Positions 10,235-20,955 are shown, numbered from the stretch's first letter. The stretch is DNA of 64,000 nt from Candidatus Poribacteria bacterium (GCA_965215015.1 OZ244042.1:5632001-5696000), one strand, 5' to 3'. The notes: a model not told the origin generated them from the sequence alone. Program-made: numbers and translations.

Positions 10235-11341
10235 TTAGCCTTCCAATCGTAGTTTTACCCAGCGCGTATGGGTAACTCCCGCCACAGTACACCAGAAATA
10301 GGTCATCACATCGCCATCCGGCAGCAGTGTCCCGCCGGGCTTGCCAAAAGCGATTTGCATGTGTTCAGCGAGGAAGTTCTCGGATTCAGGTTCGCCAAGG
10401 GTTGCCTCTTTTCCTGCGTCAAAGACCACCACCTCGTTTTCTACATCGAAATGCTCAAGGTCCTCGGTCAGTGCCACATGGATGCCTTGGGGTTCATGTC
10501 GGAAGTTGTAGATTGCCGCTACACGACCGTCGGGCAGCGGGATAGGCGTGCAGACCTGACCGCGCAGGTTCGTCGGTTGGGGTTCGGACCAGGTACGTCC
10601 ACCGTCTTCGGAGATTACCCAGTGGTTCGTCAAATCCTCGGAGGTCCCGTACTGGTGGGTCCAGATTAGGGTATAGATACGTCCATCCGGTAAGAGAGCG
10701 CACATCTGATCCCACCAGAGCAACGCTCCTGTGAGGTTATCTGCGACGACGGTGAACTCTCCCCACGTTTGTCCCTGATCCGCGGAGAATACCGCTGCTG
10801 CCTTCTGATCGGGAGGACCTTCGTACCCTTCCGGCTTCCACGTTTCGAGGGGGTACATCCACCGATCCGACGCGAGTTGTAGGAGGCTCCCCGCTCCATT
10901 CCATGTGTACTTTTCGGGCGGTAGGTCTACCGGCACGACCTGCGGCGTCGACCAAGTTTTGCCCTGATCCGCCGACCAGAATAGCAGCATCTCCGGACGC
11001 TGCAAGGCTTCTGATTCTGCATCAAAGAGCGTGTCGCCCTCGTTTTCAAAGCGGGTAGCGTTCATCACCAAACGACCGTCGGGCCCCTCGCTAATCATCG
11101 GACCCCGGTAGGACCATCCGTCGGTGGGTAGCGCTCCGGGATGGATACTCCCTTCGTTCACCCATGTTGTGCCCCCATCCCCTGAACGAAGAACCTCAAT
11201 GTGATTGTCCGGTGTGCCTAACCCCTGCCCGACATGCTGGCAGGCGATAAAGCTGCCATCTGTGAGGGGGGTAATCACGGGCATATACGCCCCCCGTTCG
11301 CTCTGATGGGAGATGACGCCGCTGTCAATAATTTTTAACAT
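10235..11341 (-). CDS. Sialidase/BNR Asp-box protein
   Basis: Four SxDxGxTW Asp boxes. Confidence 0.85.
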   Translation of the reverse strand: MLKIIDSGVISHQSERGAYMPVITPLTDGSFIACQHVGQGLGTPDNHIEVLRSGDGGTTWVNEGSIHPGALPTDGWSYRGPMISEGPDGRLVMNATRFENEGDTLFDAESEALQRPEMLLFWSADQGKTWSTPQVVPVDLPPEKYTWNGAGSLLQLASDRWMYPLETWKPEGYEGPPDQKAAAVFSADQGQTWGEFTVVADNLTGALLWWDQMCALLPDGRIYTLIWTHQYGTSEDLTNHWVISEDGGRTWSEPQPTNLRGQVCTPIPLPDGRVAAIYNFRHEPQGIHVALTEDLEHFDVENEVVVFDAGKEATLGEPESENFLAEHMQIAFGKPGGTLLPDGDVMTYFWCTVAGVTHTRWVKLRLEG

Positions 11342-11500
11342 CTTTTGTTTCCTTATTCTGGGTCATGGATTAAGCGGATGACACAGATAACACGAATTTT
11401 TGCATCCGTGATAGCCACGATGCAAACACGTCTGTGTGGTATTAGTGCGCTAATTTAGTAAAGATCTCGAATCGTTGATTCAATGAGGTTTTTGAGATGT

Positions 11501-12682
11501 TCATCGCCGGCCTGTTTCGCAAGTCTCAATGCCGTTTAAAGCCTCTTCAACACTACCTAACCTATGCTTTGCCAAACCTAGACTATTATAGGCTGCTGCA
11601 TAATCGGGCTTCAGTTCTATCGCTTTGTCGAAGTCCCTAATAGCGAGATCAATCGCGTCCCTTTGGAAGTGGGCCTCCCCGCGATTGTTATAGGCTTTGG
11701 CGAGCCGTGGATTCAATTTTATCGCTTGGGTATAGTCTTCAATGGCAGCGTCATAATCGCCTTTGTTTTTGTAAGTATTACCCCGATTGTTATAGGCTTC
11801 GGCGAGCCGTGGATTCAATTTTATCGCTTGGGTATAGTCTTCAATGGCAGCGTCATAATCGCCTCCGAAGTCATAAGCTACCCCACGATTGTTATAGGAT
11901 TCGGCATAATCGGGATCAAGTTGTATCGCTTTGGTAAAGTGCTCAATTGCCTTGTGGTTATATTGGGTTCTTTCTTGGGGGTTGTCCGCTTCATCCCTTC
12001 TGTTTTGATAGATAATACCTCGATTATGTTCGATATTAGCACTCCAACGGAGGTCCTGACTTCTAATAAAACCATGAATATCGTGGTAGATTTTTTCGGC
12101 AGAGATGCCGAATTCTTTTTCGAGGTACTTCAGCAGGGGCCGTTTGAGGTCTTTCGGAATCTTGACTATATCATCTTTGCATGGCTTAATAAAACCCTCG
12201 GGCGGCCTAACGAATATGCTCTTCTGAATATGAGGGCGGCTCCCTAGATCTGGATTCTGAGGTTCTTTGATCCAATCTTTTATCGCCCCGTCTTTGTCTT
12301 GCAAGATAATCCTACCCTTTTTGTCAGGATAGCCCTGACCGGCAAAGAAAAGGGCTATACAGTAGTCGGTGGTAAAGTCTATTAGGTTAGTTTTACCGCC
12401 GAAGTGTTGAAGTTGGGTTAAGAGTTCAAATGGGTCGGCTTCGTTGATATACTTTTTGGCATATGCTAGTTCTACTTCTTGAACCCCTTCTACCATTTTT
12501 TCAGGTTGCTCTATCTTACTCTCCTCAAGTTTGCGGTAGAGGGTTGAGGAGACTTTTGGATAGCATTCAGGTTCGCCGCGATAAATATAGTTACCATTCT
12601 CAGATTTTTTGTCTATCTCGTTGATTATTTCCAAAATTCTGTTTAAATCGGTTTGGGACTCGTTTGGGGCCTGACTACTCAT
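11501..12682 (-). CDS. FRG domain + TPR protein
   Basis: YIYRGE...LQHFGGKTNLIDFT FRG signature; C-terminal TPRs (AYNNRG). Confidence 0.9.
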   Translation of the reverse strand: MSSQAPNESQTDLNRILEIINEIDKKSENGNYIYRGEPECYPKVSSTLYRKLEESKIEQPEKMVEGVQEVELAYAKKYINEADPFELLTQLQHFGGKTNLIDFTTDYCIALFFAGQGYPDKKGRIILQDKDGAIKDWIKEPQNPDLGSRPHIQKSIFVRPPEGFIKPCKDDIVKIPKDLKRPLLKYLEKEFGISAEKIYHDIHGFIRSQDLRWSANIEHNRGIIYQNRRDEADNPQERTQYNHKAIEHFTKAIQLDPDYAESYNNRGVAYDFGGDYDAAIEDYTQAIKLNPRLAEAYNNRGNTYKNKGDYDAAIEDYTQAIKLNPRLAKAYNNRGEAHFQRDAIDLAIRDFDKAIELKPDYAAAYNSLGLAKHRLGSVEEALNGIETCETGRR

Positions 12683-12718
12683 GATTTTCCTATACTGTCT
12701 CAGATTGTGTGCGGTGTT

Positions 12719-14533
12719 TCACCGTAAGTCTCGAATTGTAGACTCAACTTGAATTTTGAGACGCTTGTCGCCAGTTCGTTTTGCGAGTGCTAATGCTGTT
12801 TGAAAGTCTCTCTTCGCCTCCCAAGGGTGCCCCAGATTATACCTCGCCAAACCCCGAAAGTAGTAGGCATTGGCATCATCGGGGTTGAGTCGAATAGCTG
12901 TGTCAAAATCAGTGATAGCAGCAGAATACTGTCCTAAATTTGCCTTTACTGTGCCCCGCCCGTTGTATGCGTCGGCATAATCTGGGTTGAGTCGAATAGC
13001 TGTGTCACAATCAGTGATAGCAGCGGCATATTGCCTCAGCATGTACTTCGCCCAGCCCCGATTGTGGTAAGCTTCAGCACTATTGGGTTCAAGGTTAATT
13101 GCTATGTCAAAATCAGCGATAGCAGCGGCATATTGCCCCAACTGTCCCTTCGTCCAACCCCGATTGCAGTAGGGCCAGGCAGAATCAGGTTCAAGGTTAA
13201 TTGCTATGTTATAATCAGCGATAGCAGCGGCATATTGCCCCAACTGTCCCTTCGTCCAACCCCGATTGCAGTAGGGCCAGGCAGAATCAGGTTCAAGGTT
13301 AATTGCTATGTTATAATCAGCGATAGCATCCTCATATTGACCTAACTCCGTCTTTATCCAGGCGCGACCCCCGTAGGCAATGGCATAATCAGGATTAAGC
13401 CGGATGGCTACATCATAATCTGCAATGGCGACATCGTATTGACGCAAACGCGCCCTCGCATAACCACGCCACATATAGGCAAAGACAAAATTGGGATTGA
13501 GCCGGATAGCGGTATCCAAGTCTGTTATAGCGGCAACGTGTTGTCCTAAGTCATTCCTCACAATACCACGCCACATGTAAATGCTGGCATTATTGGGATT
13601 GAGCCGGATAGCACTGTCAAGGTGATTGATGATGGTAACATCTTGTCCTAGGTGGTTTCCCCTTGTAGTTTTCCGATTTTGGAGTTGTCTCTGAACTCTG
13701 AGCCGGATAACAGTGTCAAAATCTGCTATAGCAGCACGTTCTTCTAGCTCGTACTTCGCAATGCCACGCCACATATAGGGATCCGCATAATCGGGATTGA
13801 GACGAATTGCCGTATCAAACTCTACCATAGAGGCCGCGTGCTGACCTTGATTGAACTTTGCAATTCCTTGAGCACATGTTACGAGTCCGTTGAGATAGTT
13901 TGCAGGGATGGCGAAATTCAGATTTTGACCATCGTGGAAGGTCGCGAATGAAACGCCTATCACTTCTCCTCCACCATTGAGGACAGCCCCCCCACTGCTT
14001 CCCGGAGAAATCGGTGCGGTCATCTGGATTCGTTTGTTAGTAGAATCCCCTCGAACCGCACTGATAATGCCGTCCGAGAATGTGCCCTCAAAATATCCTT
14101 TTGGATTGCCTGCAACATAAACTGTGTCGCCAACCTCAACCGTGTCACTGTCGCCGAGAGGCAGCGGTTGGACGCCCGGAACTGACACCTGTAAAATTGC
14201 CAAATCGTGGTTTTCATCGGTCGTGATGGCGGCTTCGATATTGTACTTGGTCTCCTGTCCTACGAGTTTTGCGGTGCCCCGTGCTGCACCGTCAATTACA
14301 TGGAAGTTGGTTACGATGAGATTGGTGTCCACGAAAAATCCGCTCCCCAATCCAAGCGGCTTGCCGTTGGCCTCCTCCATGACCAAGAGCACAGTCGAAG
14401 CTAATGCCTTTTTGGCGATCTGCTGAGGTGTTTGAGCCTTTGCCTCAGGTATACCGCAGAGCAGGAAAATCGAAAACGCGATGGGTACCCACGAGGCTTG
14501 CCCCAACCGCAACGATTTGTTCTTTAACTTCAT
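12719..14533 (-). CDS. Secreted trypsin-like serine protease + TPR array
   Basis: Signal peptide; triad motifs TNFHV, HDLA, ISPGSSGG; about 10 TPRs. Confidence 0.9.
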   Translation of the reverse strand: MKLKNKSLRLGQASWVPIAFSIFLLCGIPEAKAQTPQQIAKKALASTVLLVMEEANGKPLGLGSGFFVDTNLIVTNFHVIDGAARGTAKLVGQETKYNIEAAITTDENHDLAILQVSVPGVQPLPLGDSDTVEVGDTVYVAGNPKGYFEGTFSDGIISAVRGDSTNKRIQMTAPISPGSSGGAVLNGGGEVIGVSFATFHDGQNLNFAIPANYLNGLVTCAQGIAKFNQGQHAASMVEFDTAIRLNPDYADPYMWRGIAKYELEERAAIADFDTVIRLRVQRQLQNRKTTRGNHLGQDVTIINHLDSAIRLNPNNASIYMWRGIVRNDLGQHVAAITDLDTAIRLNPNFVFAYMWRGYARARLRQYDVAIADYDVAIRLNPDYAIAYGGRAWIKTELGQYEDAIADYNIAINLEPDSAWPYCNRGWTKGQLGQYAAAIADYNIAINLEPDSAWPYCNRGWTKGQLGQYAAAIADFDIAINLEPNSAEAYHNRGWAKYMLRQYAAAITDCDTAIRLNPDYADAYNGRGTVKANLGQYSAAITDFDTAIRLNPDDANAYYFRGLARYNLGHPWEAKRDFQTALALAKRTGDKRLKIQVESTIRDLR

Positions 14534-14660
14534 AATCTTCCCCTAACTAAACCCGTATGTCAAGATTCATATCTCGACAAAATACTATCGCGCGATGTTC
14601 TAGGTACTGTCGATTTTGGAAATTTGACCTACAAAAGTCTGTCAAACGTCAACAGCTATT

Positions 14661-15632
14661 TTACTGCCCCGGATAGGCACGGTTCTCTAATTCAGCGATG
14701 AATTTCTCCGCTGAGATAGCTGCTGCGGCACCGGCACCTGCCGCCGTTATCGCTTGGCGAAAGACGTGGTCATGTACGTCACCGGCTGCAAAAACGCCGT
14801 CGATATTAGTGCGCTGGAGTTTGTCCACCATGATATAATCCTGCTCATCCATGTCGATTACGCCTTTGAATAGCTCGGTGTTCGGGATGTGTCCGATAAA
14901 GATAAATACGCCATCAATTGGGAACACCTGCTTTTCGTCGGTTTTCACATTTTTGAGTAGTGCACCGGTAACCTTTTCGTCATCTCCTTGGATCTCCTCG
15001 ACGACCGTATCCCAGATAAACTTGATTTTATCGTTCTTGAAGGCACGTTCCTGCATAATTTGGCTGGCGCGCAGCTGATCCCGACGGTGGACGATATAGA
15101 CTTCTGACGCATACTTTGTCAGGAATATCCCCTCCTCAAGGGCTGCATCGCCTCCGCCGACAACGATGAGGCGTTGGTTCTGGAAAAAGAATCCATCGCA
15201 GGTGGCGCAGTAGGATACACCACGTCCGCCGTACCCTTCTTCGCCGAGGATGTTAAGTGTCCGCGGCGAAGCACCGGTGCAAATGATAACCGATTTAGCG
15301 TGGTACTCCTTGTCATAGGTCTTCAGGTAGAACGGGTGGCGATTGAAATCCACCTCCGTTACCATGTCAAACCGGACTTCAGTTCCAAAACGCTCGGCTT
15401 GTTTCTGCATCCCTGTGATAAATTCTGCGGCTTCAGTCCCGAAGAAACCCGGATAGTTCTCAAGGTCAAGCGTCAGTGAGAGTTGCCCACCGAGCGCGTC
15501 CCCGGTGATGAGTAGCGGCTCCAGCATTGCGCGTGAGGTGTAGACTCCTGCGGCGAAACCCGCCGTGCCGCCACCGATAATGATGATGTTACGCTCTTCC
15601 AAACCATCGCTTCCGTTTTTTATCTCTGCCAC
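14661..15632 (-). CDS. trxB: Thioredoxin-disulfide reductase
   Basis: GGGTAG, GVSYCATCDG, GGGDAALEE, HRRD, FAAGDV. Confidence 0.95.
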   Translation of the reverse strand: MAEIKNGSDGLEERNIIIIGGGTAGFAAGVYTSRAMLEPLLITGDALGGQLSLTLDLENYPGFFGTEAAEFITGMQKQAERFGTEVRFDMVTEVDFNRHPFYLKTYDKEYHAKSVIICTGASPRTLNILGEEGYGGRGVSYCATCDGFFFQNQRLIVVGGGDAALEEGIFLTKYASEVYIVHRRDQLRASQIMQERAFKNDKIKFIWDTVVEEIQGDDEKVTGALLKNVKTDEKQVFPIDGVFIFIGHIPNTELFKGVIDMDEQDYIMVDKLQRTNIDGVFAAGDVHDHVFRQAITAAGAGAAAAISAEKFIAELENRAYPGQ

Positions 15633-15897
15633 CTGTTTCTCCTTCTATGTTGAAAATTTCATTCAGTTTCCCCGATTCTGCGAGTTCGGCTAAATCATCG
15701 TCATCGCCGATATGTTGGTCATCAATAAAGATTTGCGGCACATCACGACGCCCTGTTAGCCTTTCGATTTCATCACGCATCGAGGGATTTCCTTGGATGT
15801 TGATTTCTTCAAATTCGATTCCCATCCTGTCAAGGATACCTTTCGCCTTGTAGCAGTATGGGCAGAAACTGGTTGTATACATCTTAACATTTGGCAT
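15589..15897 (-). CDS. grxC: Glutaredoxin (GrxC-like)
   Basis: CPYC and DVPQIF motifs. Confidence 0.85.
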   Translation of the reverse strand: MPNVKMYTTSFCPYCYKAKGILDRMGIEFEEINIQGNPSMRDEIERLTGRRDVPQIFIDDQHIGDDDDLAELAESGKLNEIFNIEGETGGRDKKRKRWFGRA

Positions 15898-15945
15898 CTA
15901 TTCAGTCCTTTCCTGTGTCGCTTCAGATGCGGATTGATTCCACTG

Positions 15946-16395
15946 TCATTTCATAAAGTATAAACGATTCTCCTTGTCTTGATTCCCGTCATCTTCCAAC
16001 TCTTTACACATTTTTCTAATTCGCCTAAACATGCCCTTTGAGATTTCCAGTTCTTCGATAATTTCCGCGGTTGTTCGTGGGGTTCCATCTTTCATCAGTG
16101 CAATTAAGCGGTCTAGTGCTGCTTGGTTATTTTGCTGTGCGATTTTCTGAGCTTCAATCTCTTTTTCCGACAGCTTAGGCTTGGCTGGCTTTTCAGATTT
16201 AGCCTGTTTTGGGTTGCCTTGTAAAGGGATCAGAATGGTATTGACAATCTTTTCTAATTGAGAAATGCGTTCCTCAAGTTTCAACAGACGGGTTTCAGTG
16301 TCTTCATGGGTCAGGTAAAAGTCATAGTCTGGATTTGATCTTCGGTATTCTGCTGGATTCCCCATTGATTTGCCTTGGCGATGTTTTGTTGGCAT
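15946..16395 (-). CDS. Hypothetical protein, coiled coil + probable C-terminal HTH
   Basis: 149-aa ORF; LLKLEERISQLE heptads; TTAEIIEELEISKG HTH-like. Confidence 0.6.
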   Translation of the reverse strand: MPTKHRQGKSMGNPAEYRRSNPDYDFYLTHEDTETRLLKLEERISQLEKIVNTILIPLQGNPKQAKSEKPAKPKLSEKEIEAQKIAQQNNQAALDRLIALMKDGTPRTTAEIIEELEISKGMFRRIRKMCKELEDDGNQDKENRLYFMK

Positions 16396-16562
16396 GGTGT
16401 TGTATCTGCTCTTTCCTTTCTGTATGTTGTGCCGCCCGATCTATTCCCGATACATCGGGACAGCGGATTGATTAGTTTTCCTCTCTTATTCGTTATGGTG
16501 TGATGTATCGGGAGCCGAAACCCCCGGCGGAGTTGGTCATTGTGAGGTGCCCAACTCTTTTA

Positions 16563-17381
16563 TTAGTACCGTCTTTCCCAATTCCAACTATCGCTTCCAG
16601 AAATAAGCGGCTTAATATCTTCGGGCAGGGTTTCAACGAACTCAGGGCTGATCTCGTTTCCGGGCCATTCGCGCACCATCGGTGGCGTGTACCCGGCGAC
16701 TAGGATGGTGCGTTCCTTGTCGCTACGGATGGCGGTCGTGCTGTGGATGAGTGATTCTGGAAAGAGCAGGGTCGAGCCAGCGGTTGCCTCAACCTGATAG
16801 ATCAGCTTGTCATCGGAGAGGGCGGCTTCGATCATCTCTTCCCTGTCCCAAGTAAGCCTGTGGCTGCCGGGGATGACGCAGGTGCCGCCGTCGTCGGGGC
16901 CCACATCGGTGAGATAGGTCAATGTCTTGACGAAGATGCAGTGGAACCTGCTCTGTTCGACGTAAGTTCCCCATCCATGCTGTGTCCCACGATGAAATCC
17001 GGTGGGATTATAACGTCGTTTGTAGAGTTCCTCCACATCCGTCTCCGGATCCCTGCGATTGATAATCGCCTCGGTTTCCTCAAGGCGGACCTTGCCCCCA
17101 ACGACCTCCTCAACGAGTGGCACCAGTTTGGGATGGGCAGCATATTCCAGCAGGGCGGGGTTATACTCTACCAGATTGCCTAGCAGTATATGGTGTTCAC
17201 CACGCCTATGGGTGTAAACCCGCTTGGACTTGAGGTCCGGATCTACTTTCATCTGATGGAGCGCGCCCTTCATGCGAGCGACTTCATCGGGGTTCAAAAT
17301 GTTCTCTAGCAGTACAAAACCGTAGATGTCGAAATGCAGCCGTTGTGCGGGGGTGAGCCTAACGGTCTCGGTATTTTTCAT
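16563..17381 (-). CDS. PhyH-family Fe(II)/2OG enzyme with HxG motif (putative halogenase)
   Basis: YGFVLLENIL, YLTDVGPDDGGTCVIPGSH, SLIHST, ERT; metal motif FHRG. Confidence 0.85.
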   Translation of the reverse strand: MKNTETVRLTPAQRLHFDIYGFVLLENILNPDEVARMKGALHQMKVDPDLKSKRVYTHRRGEHHILLGNLVEYNPALLEYAAHPKLVPLVEEVVGGKVRLEETEAIINRRDPETDVEELYKRRYNPTGFHRGTQHGWGTYVEQSRFHCIFVKTLTYLTDVGPDDGGTCVIPGSHRLTWDREEMIEAALSDDKLIYQVEATAGSTLLFPESLIHSTTAIRSDKERTILVAGYTPPMVREWPGNEISPEFVETLPEDIKPLISGSDSWNWERRY

Positions 17382-17583
17382 TTATGCAGCCTTTCACTGT
17401 ATAAATTTGTCCGCTCATATTAAGAAATCGTGTAATTGTATCGAGTGTTATACGGGGCCCGCCAGCGCGAACAACCCTATTGGCGTCTACCTCTAGTGAG
17501 ATTGATTCGGATTCAATCAAAGGTGCTATATCATTACCTCCATAAATGCGTTCGTTTGGGCTTTTGAACTCACTCAGCCTACT

Positions 17584-20500
17584 TCACTTCGCCAGGAACT
17601 CATAGTACTGATCGACCAACCTCCGATACTCAGGCGGCACATCTTCTTTTAGCACCTGTGCGAGTTGCTTTTTTTCTTGAATTGTGGCGAGACGTTCTTC
17701 AATCGCCCGCTCAAGTTTCCTGAGTTCACGCAGCGAAAAATCGTAGCGGGGAAACGGTGCTCTCCGGGTTCCGGGACGATTGTTCATAGCACGGATCGCT
17801 CCAAGCCAGAGTTCCCTGAGTTCGCGATCCGACTCCGCACCTCCAGCTTGTGCCTGCTCATCCCCCTGAGCGTCCCCCTGTTCCTGTGCTTCCATTGCCT
17901 CCTGGGCACGCTGCTGTATCTGTGCCTGCTGTTCGGACAATTGTTGCTGCCGTGCCTCCTGTTCAGGTGTTAGTGGCGTTTCCTGATTGTCCGTTGCCTC
18001 AAGCTCACGCTGGATATCTTCCATCTGTGCTGCCCAACTTTCGATCTGGTCCAATGCTGCGTCGAGTCGCTCCTCCTCTGTTTCCGCTAGATTTATCCGC
18101 GCTTGTTGTAGGTCATCTCGTGCTTCCAAGAGGGTGTCGAGCACCTCCCGTTGCTCGCGCTCTGAGGCTTGGAAATTCCGCCACTGCAATGCCCGTTGTG
18201 CATCCTCCATATTTTCAGGTGCCTGCTCCTCAATGATGCGACGGTTTGCGTCTGCCACGTTTCGCGCCGCTTGGGGCTCGTTTTCGTTAAGTGCTTCTCG
18301 CAGATTCGAGAGATTGCGTTGAAGTCCTTCAAGGTCTCGGCGAAGGGTTCGCTGTTCATTTGCCAACTGAGAGGCATTCCGCAAATCTTCAAGCCTTACA
18401 CCCTCCTGTCGAGTTTCTTCCTCAAGGGTTTCCGTTTGCTCTCGTATCTCCGATTGTTTGGTCATGAGTTGGTCAATTGCTTCGGTTACATCTTCAAGGG
18501 CTTGATCGGTATACTGTGCAGCAACCTTCTCAAGTTCCTCAATCGCCTGCTGGAGGTTTTCTTCGGCTTTTTGCCCCTTCGCAGCCCCCATCTGCGGCTG
18601 TCCAGCCCCCATGTTCTCTGAAGCTGCCTGCATATTTTCAGATGCCCGCTGCAACGCTTCGCCCGCCTGAACCATGCGTTGTCCTGTATTGTTTCCAGTA
18701 CCCTGTCCGGCCGACTGTCCCATCTGTTGGGCTTGTTCTGCCATCTGCTGGGCTTGTCCTGCCAACTGCTGCTCCTGTTGGCTATTTTGCTGCATCTCTC
18801 GCTGTGAAGGCTGCCCCTCCCGTGCCATCTGCTGGCTTTGCTCCGTGAGTTGCTCTTGTTGGGAGAGCATATTTCTGGCTTGATCCAGTAGTGCTTGCGT
18901 TTGTTCGCGCATCTGCTCATCCAACTCATTTTCGTCCTGCTCAATAGCGTCTTGGAGGTCTTCCATTTCCATCTCTATATTATCGGCAGCTGCTTGGCTG
19001 CCCCCCGTTCGCATTTGTGTCAAGACCTTATCTAACTCCATCATGGCTTTGGTGAGCAGTTCGAGAGCGTCCTGTTCATGTGGAAGCGCCTCTTTCGGCT
19101 TAATGGCAAAGAGCTCGTCGCTCGCTTCACCCATCTTGGCGACAGCTTCCTCTAGATTCATCAGCATTTCGGGGTCTACATTTGCATCGCGCATTGACAT
19201 ACTCAACTCATCGGTAACTCGCTGTGTTTTGTCTTTCAGCTGGTCCTGTTCTACCCCTATCTTTTTAATAGCAGATTGATAGTCCTCCGTCATGGGGGAC
19301 GGACGCGAGTGGATGTGCTTCCATGTGTTCTTGATAATTGCCCGTTGATCTGCTATTAGATTGGGGAAAGGTTGCCCTTCTGGAGTTTGCTGCCCTTCTG
19401 CATCCATCTGCATATACCGTTCATTGAATGGACGCACCTCGATGAAATAGAGCTCAGAGGTGCCTGTTCCTGGGCCTGTCCGCGTGTTGTTGTCAGTGGC
19501 TTGGGCGTAGTAGGAGATGAGCTCCCCCGGCTCTACATCGAGTTCTTCGAGATAGAAAACGTAAGCACCGGAGATAATGTTTTTCTCTTTAACCTCGACA
19601 GTTTCCGCCTCTAATTCTTGGGGTTCACCGGAACCGATGCTATACATCAATGTCATCTCTTCAACGCCGTAGTCGTCTATTGCCTCTGCGAGGACTTTGA
19701 CCTCCTCTAGTTTTGTGGCTTTAATATCCCTGCCCGGTTCCTTGATGCCAACCTCAGGCGGCTCATCGGGGATTGCTGTAACGGTGTATTCGATCGGGGT
19801 TTGGTTATTAAAGCCATCAACACAGAGTAGTTTAACGGTATACTTTCCGTCGTTCAGCACATCGAGGGTCGTAGTAAGCGTGCGTCCATCAGAGATAAGC
19901 ATGGAAGTTGGATCTTGTGTGTCCACTGTGAGGGTCGCTGATTGGATGGCTTTATTTATCGTGATACGGACTTCTGCTTGAGACCCTGCAACAGCGCGGA
20001 TGTTCCCCTCCCCCTGCTGCGTAATCGGGTTCAGTTGTGTGTATTCGGGATAGGTGTAGGTAACCTCAACCGCGGTGACTTTCGGCATGTCAAACACTTC
20101 AATAGTGTAAGACTCCGATTCTGCTCCGTTCGCTGTCACATAATATTCCATATTTTTATTAATGTTAAAGATTTCGTAGCCAAATCTGCGTTTCTCACCC
20201 TCGATTCGCATCATATCAATTTCTTGACGCTGCGGTTCCGTGTCTACAATTGAATCTCCTTTTGTATAAATAAGCCTCGCTTTATCGGCAGCTTTGCCGC
20301 TTACCTCCGCATTAATCGCAAGGCCGCGACCCCGCAAAATGCGAGCGTTACCCGGCTCCACGGTTAGCTTTGTCGTTAATACCGGCTCGGTTTTTTCCCA
20401 AGGGCTCAATAGGCGATTCAGAGAAGTGTTCAGTTCAGTGGGAAAAATTAGAGCTATGAGCGCGCAGCCGGCGAGCGCGGCAACCGCAATACCGATATGT

Positions 20501-20955
20501 TTGCGTTTCTTGCTTGTATCGACCGTTGCCTTGAAATCAATTCCCTCAGTACGTTCCGCAGCATCCGTAACCAATCGCTCCAACAGATGCGATTCGATCG
20601 GATCTTCCGTTTCCACCTTACCGAATTGGAGGGCACTGACGAGCCGATCCTCAAGATCTTGGTGCTGCCGCTCGACGTTGAGGGCGACATCGTGCGGCGT
20701 GAGTTTCACCCGAAGCGGTTGAATAAGGTATCTATAGAGCAGATAGCCCGCAGTACCAATAATCCCGATGAGTAGCACAATGCGAACACTGCGTGGTAGC
20801 GGCATCAGTAGGTCTACAATCGCCGCACCGGCGAGAATCGAAATCAATCCGACAATAGCAATTGCACAGCCGGTCCAAAATAGTGTCCGTTTCCAGACAC
20901 GGCGAGCTGCCAAGACTCTTGCTTGTAACTCTGTGTAACCTTCCCTTGCTGCCAT
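17584..20955 (-). CDS. DUF4175-like membrane-anchored protein with Ig-like domains and long Gln/Glu coiled coil
   Basis: N-terminal TM helices, DDYGV motif, C-terminal VPPEYRRLVDQYY. Confidence 0.85.
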   Translation of the reverse strand: MAAREGYTELQARVLAARRVWKRTLFWTGCAIAIVGLISILAGAAIVDLLMPLPRSVRIVLLIGIIGTAGYLLYRYLIQPLRVKLTPHDVALNVERQHQDLEDRLVSALQFGKVETEDPIESHLLERLVTDAAERTEGIDFKATVDTSKKRKHIGIAVAALAGCALIALIFPTELNTSLNRLLSPWEKTEPVLTTKLTVEPGNARILRGRGLAINAEVSGKAADKARLIYTKGDSIVDTEPQRQEIDMMRIEGEKRRFGYEIFNINKNMEYYVTANGAESESYTIEVFDMPKVTAVEVTYTYPEYTQLNPITQQGEGNIRAVAGSQAEVRITINKAIQSATLTVDTQDPTSMLISDGRTLTTTLDVLNDGKYTVKLLCVDGFNNQTPIEYTVTAIPDEPPEVGIKEPGRDIKATKLEEVKVLAEAIDDYGVEEMTLMYSIGSGEPQELEAETVEVKEKNIISGAYVFYLEELDVEPGELISYYAQATDNNTRTGPGTGTSELYFIEVRPFNERYMQMDAEGQQTPEGQPFPNLIADQRAIIKNTWKHIHSRPSPMTEDYQSAIKKIGVEQDQLKDKTQRVTDELSMSMRDANVDPEMLMNLEEAVAKMGEASDELFAIKPKEALPHEQDALELLTKAMMELDKVLTQMRTGGSQAAADNIEMEMEDLQDAIEQDENELDEQMREQTQALLDQARNMLSQQEQLTEQSQQMAREGQPSQREMQQNSQQEQQLAGQAQQMAEQAQQMGQSAGQGTGNNTGQRMVQAGEALQRASENMQAASENMGAGQPQMGAAKGQKAEENLQQAIEELEKVAAQYTDQALEDVTEAIDQLMTKQSEIREQTETLEEETRQEGVRLEDLRNASQLANEQRTLRRDLEGLQRNLSNLREALNENEPQAARNVADANRRIIEEQAPENMEDAQRALQWRNFQASEREQREVLDTLLEARDDLQQARINLAETEEERLDAALDQIESWAAQMEDIQRELEATDNQETPLTPEQEARQQQLSEQQAQIQQRAQEAMEAQEQGDAQGDEQAQAGGAESDRELRELWLGAIRAMNNRPGTRRAPFPRYDFSLRELRKLERAIEERLATIQEKKQLAQVLKEDVPPEYRRLVDQYYEFLAK

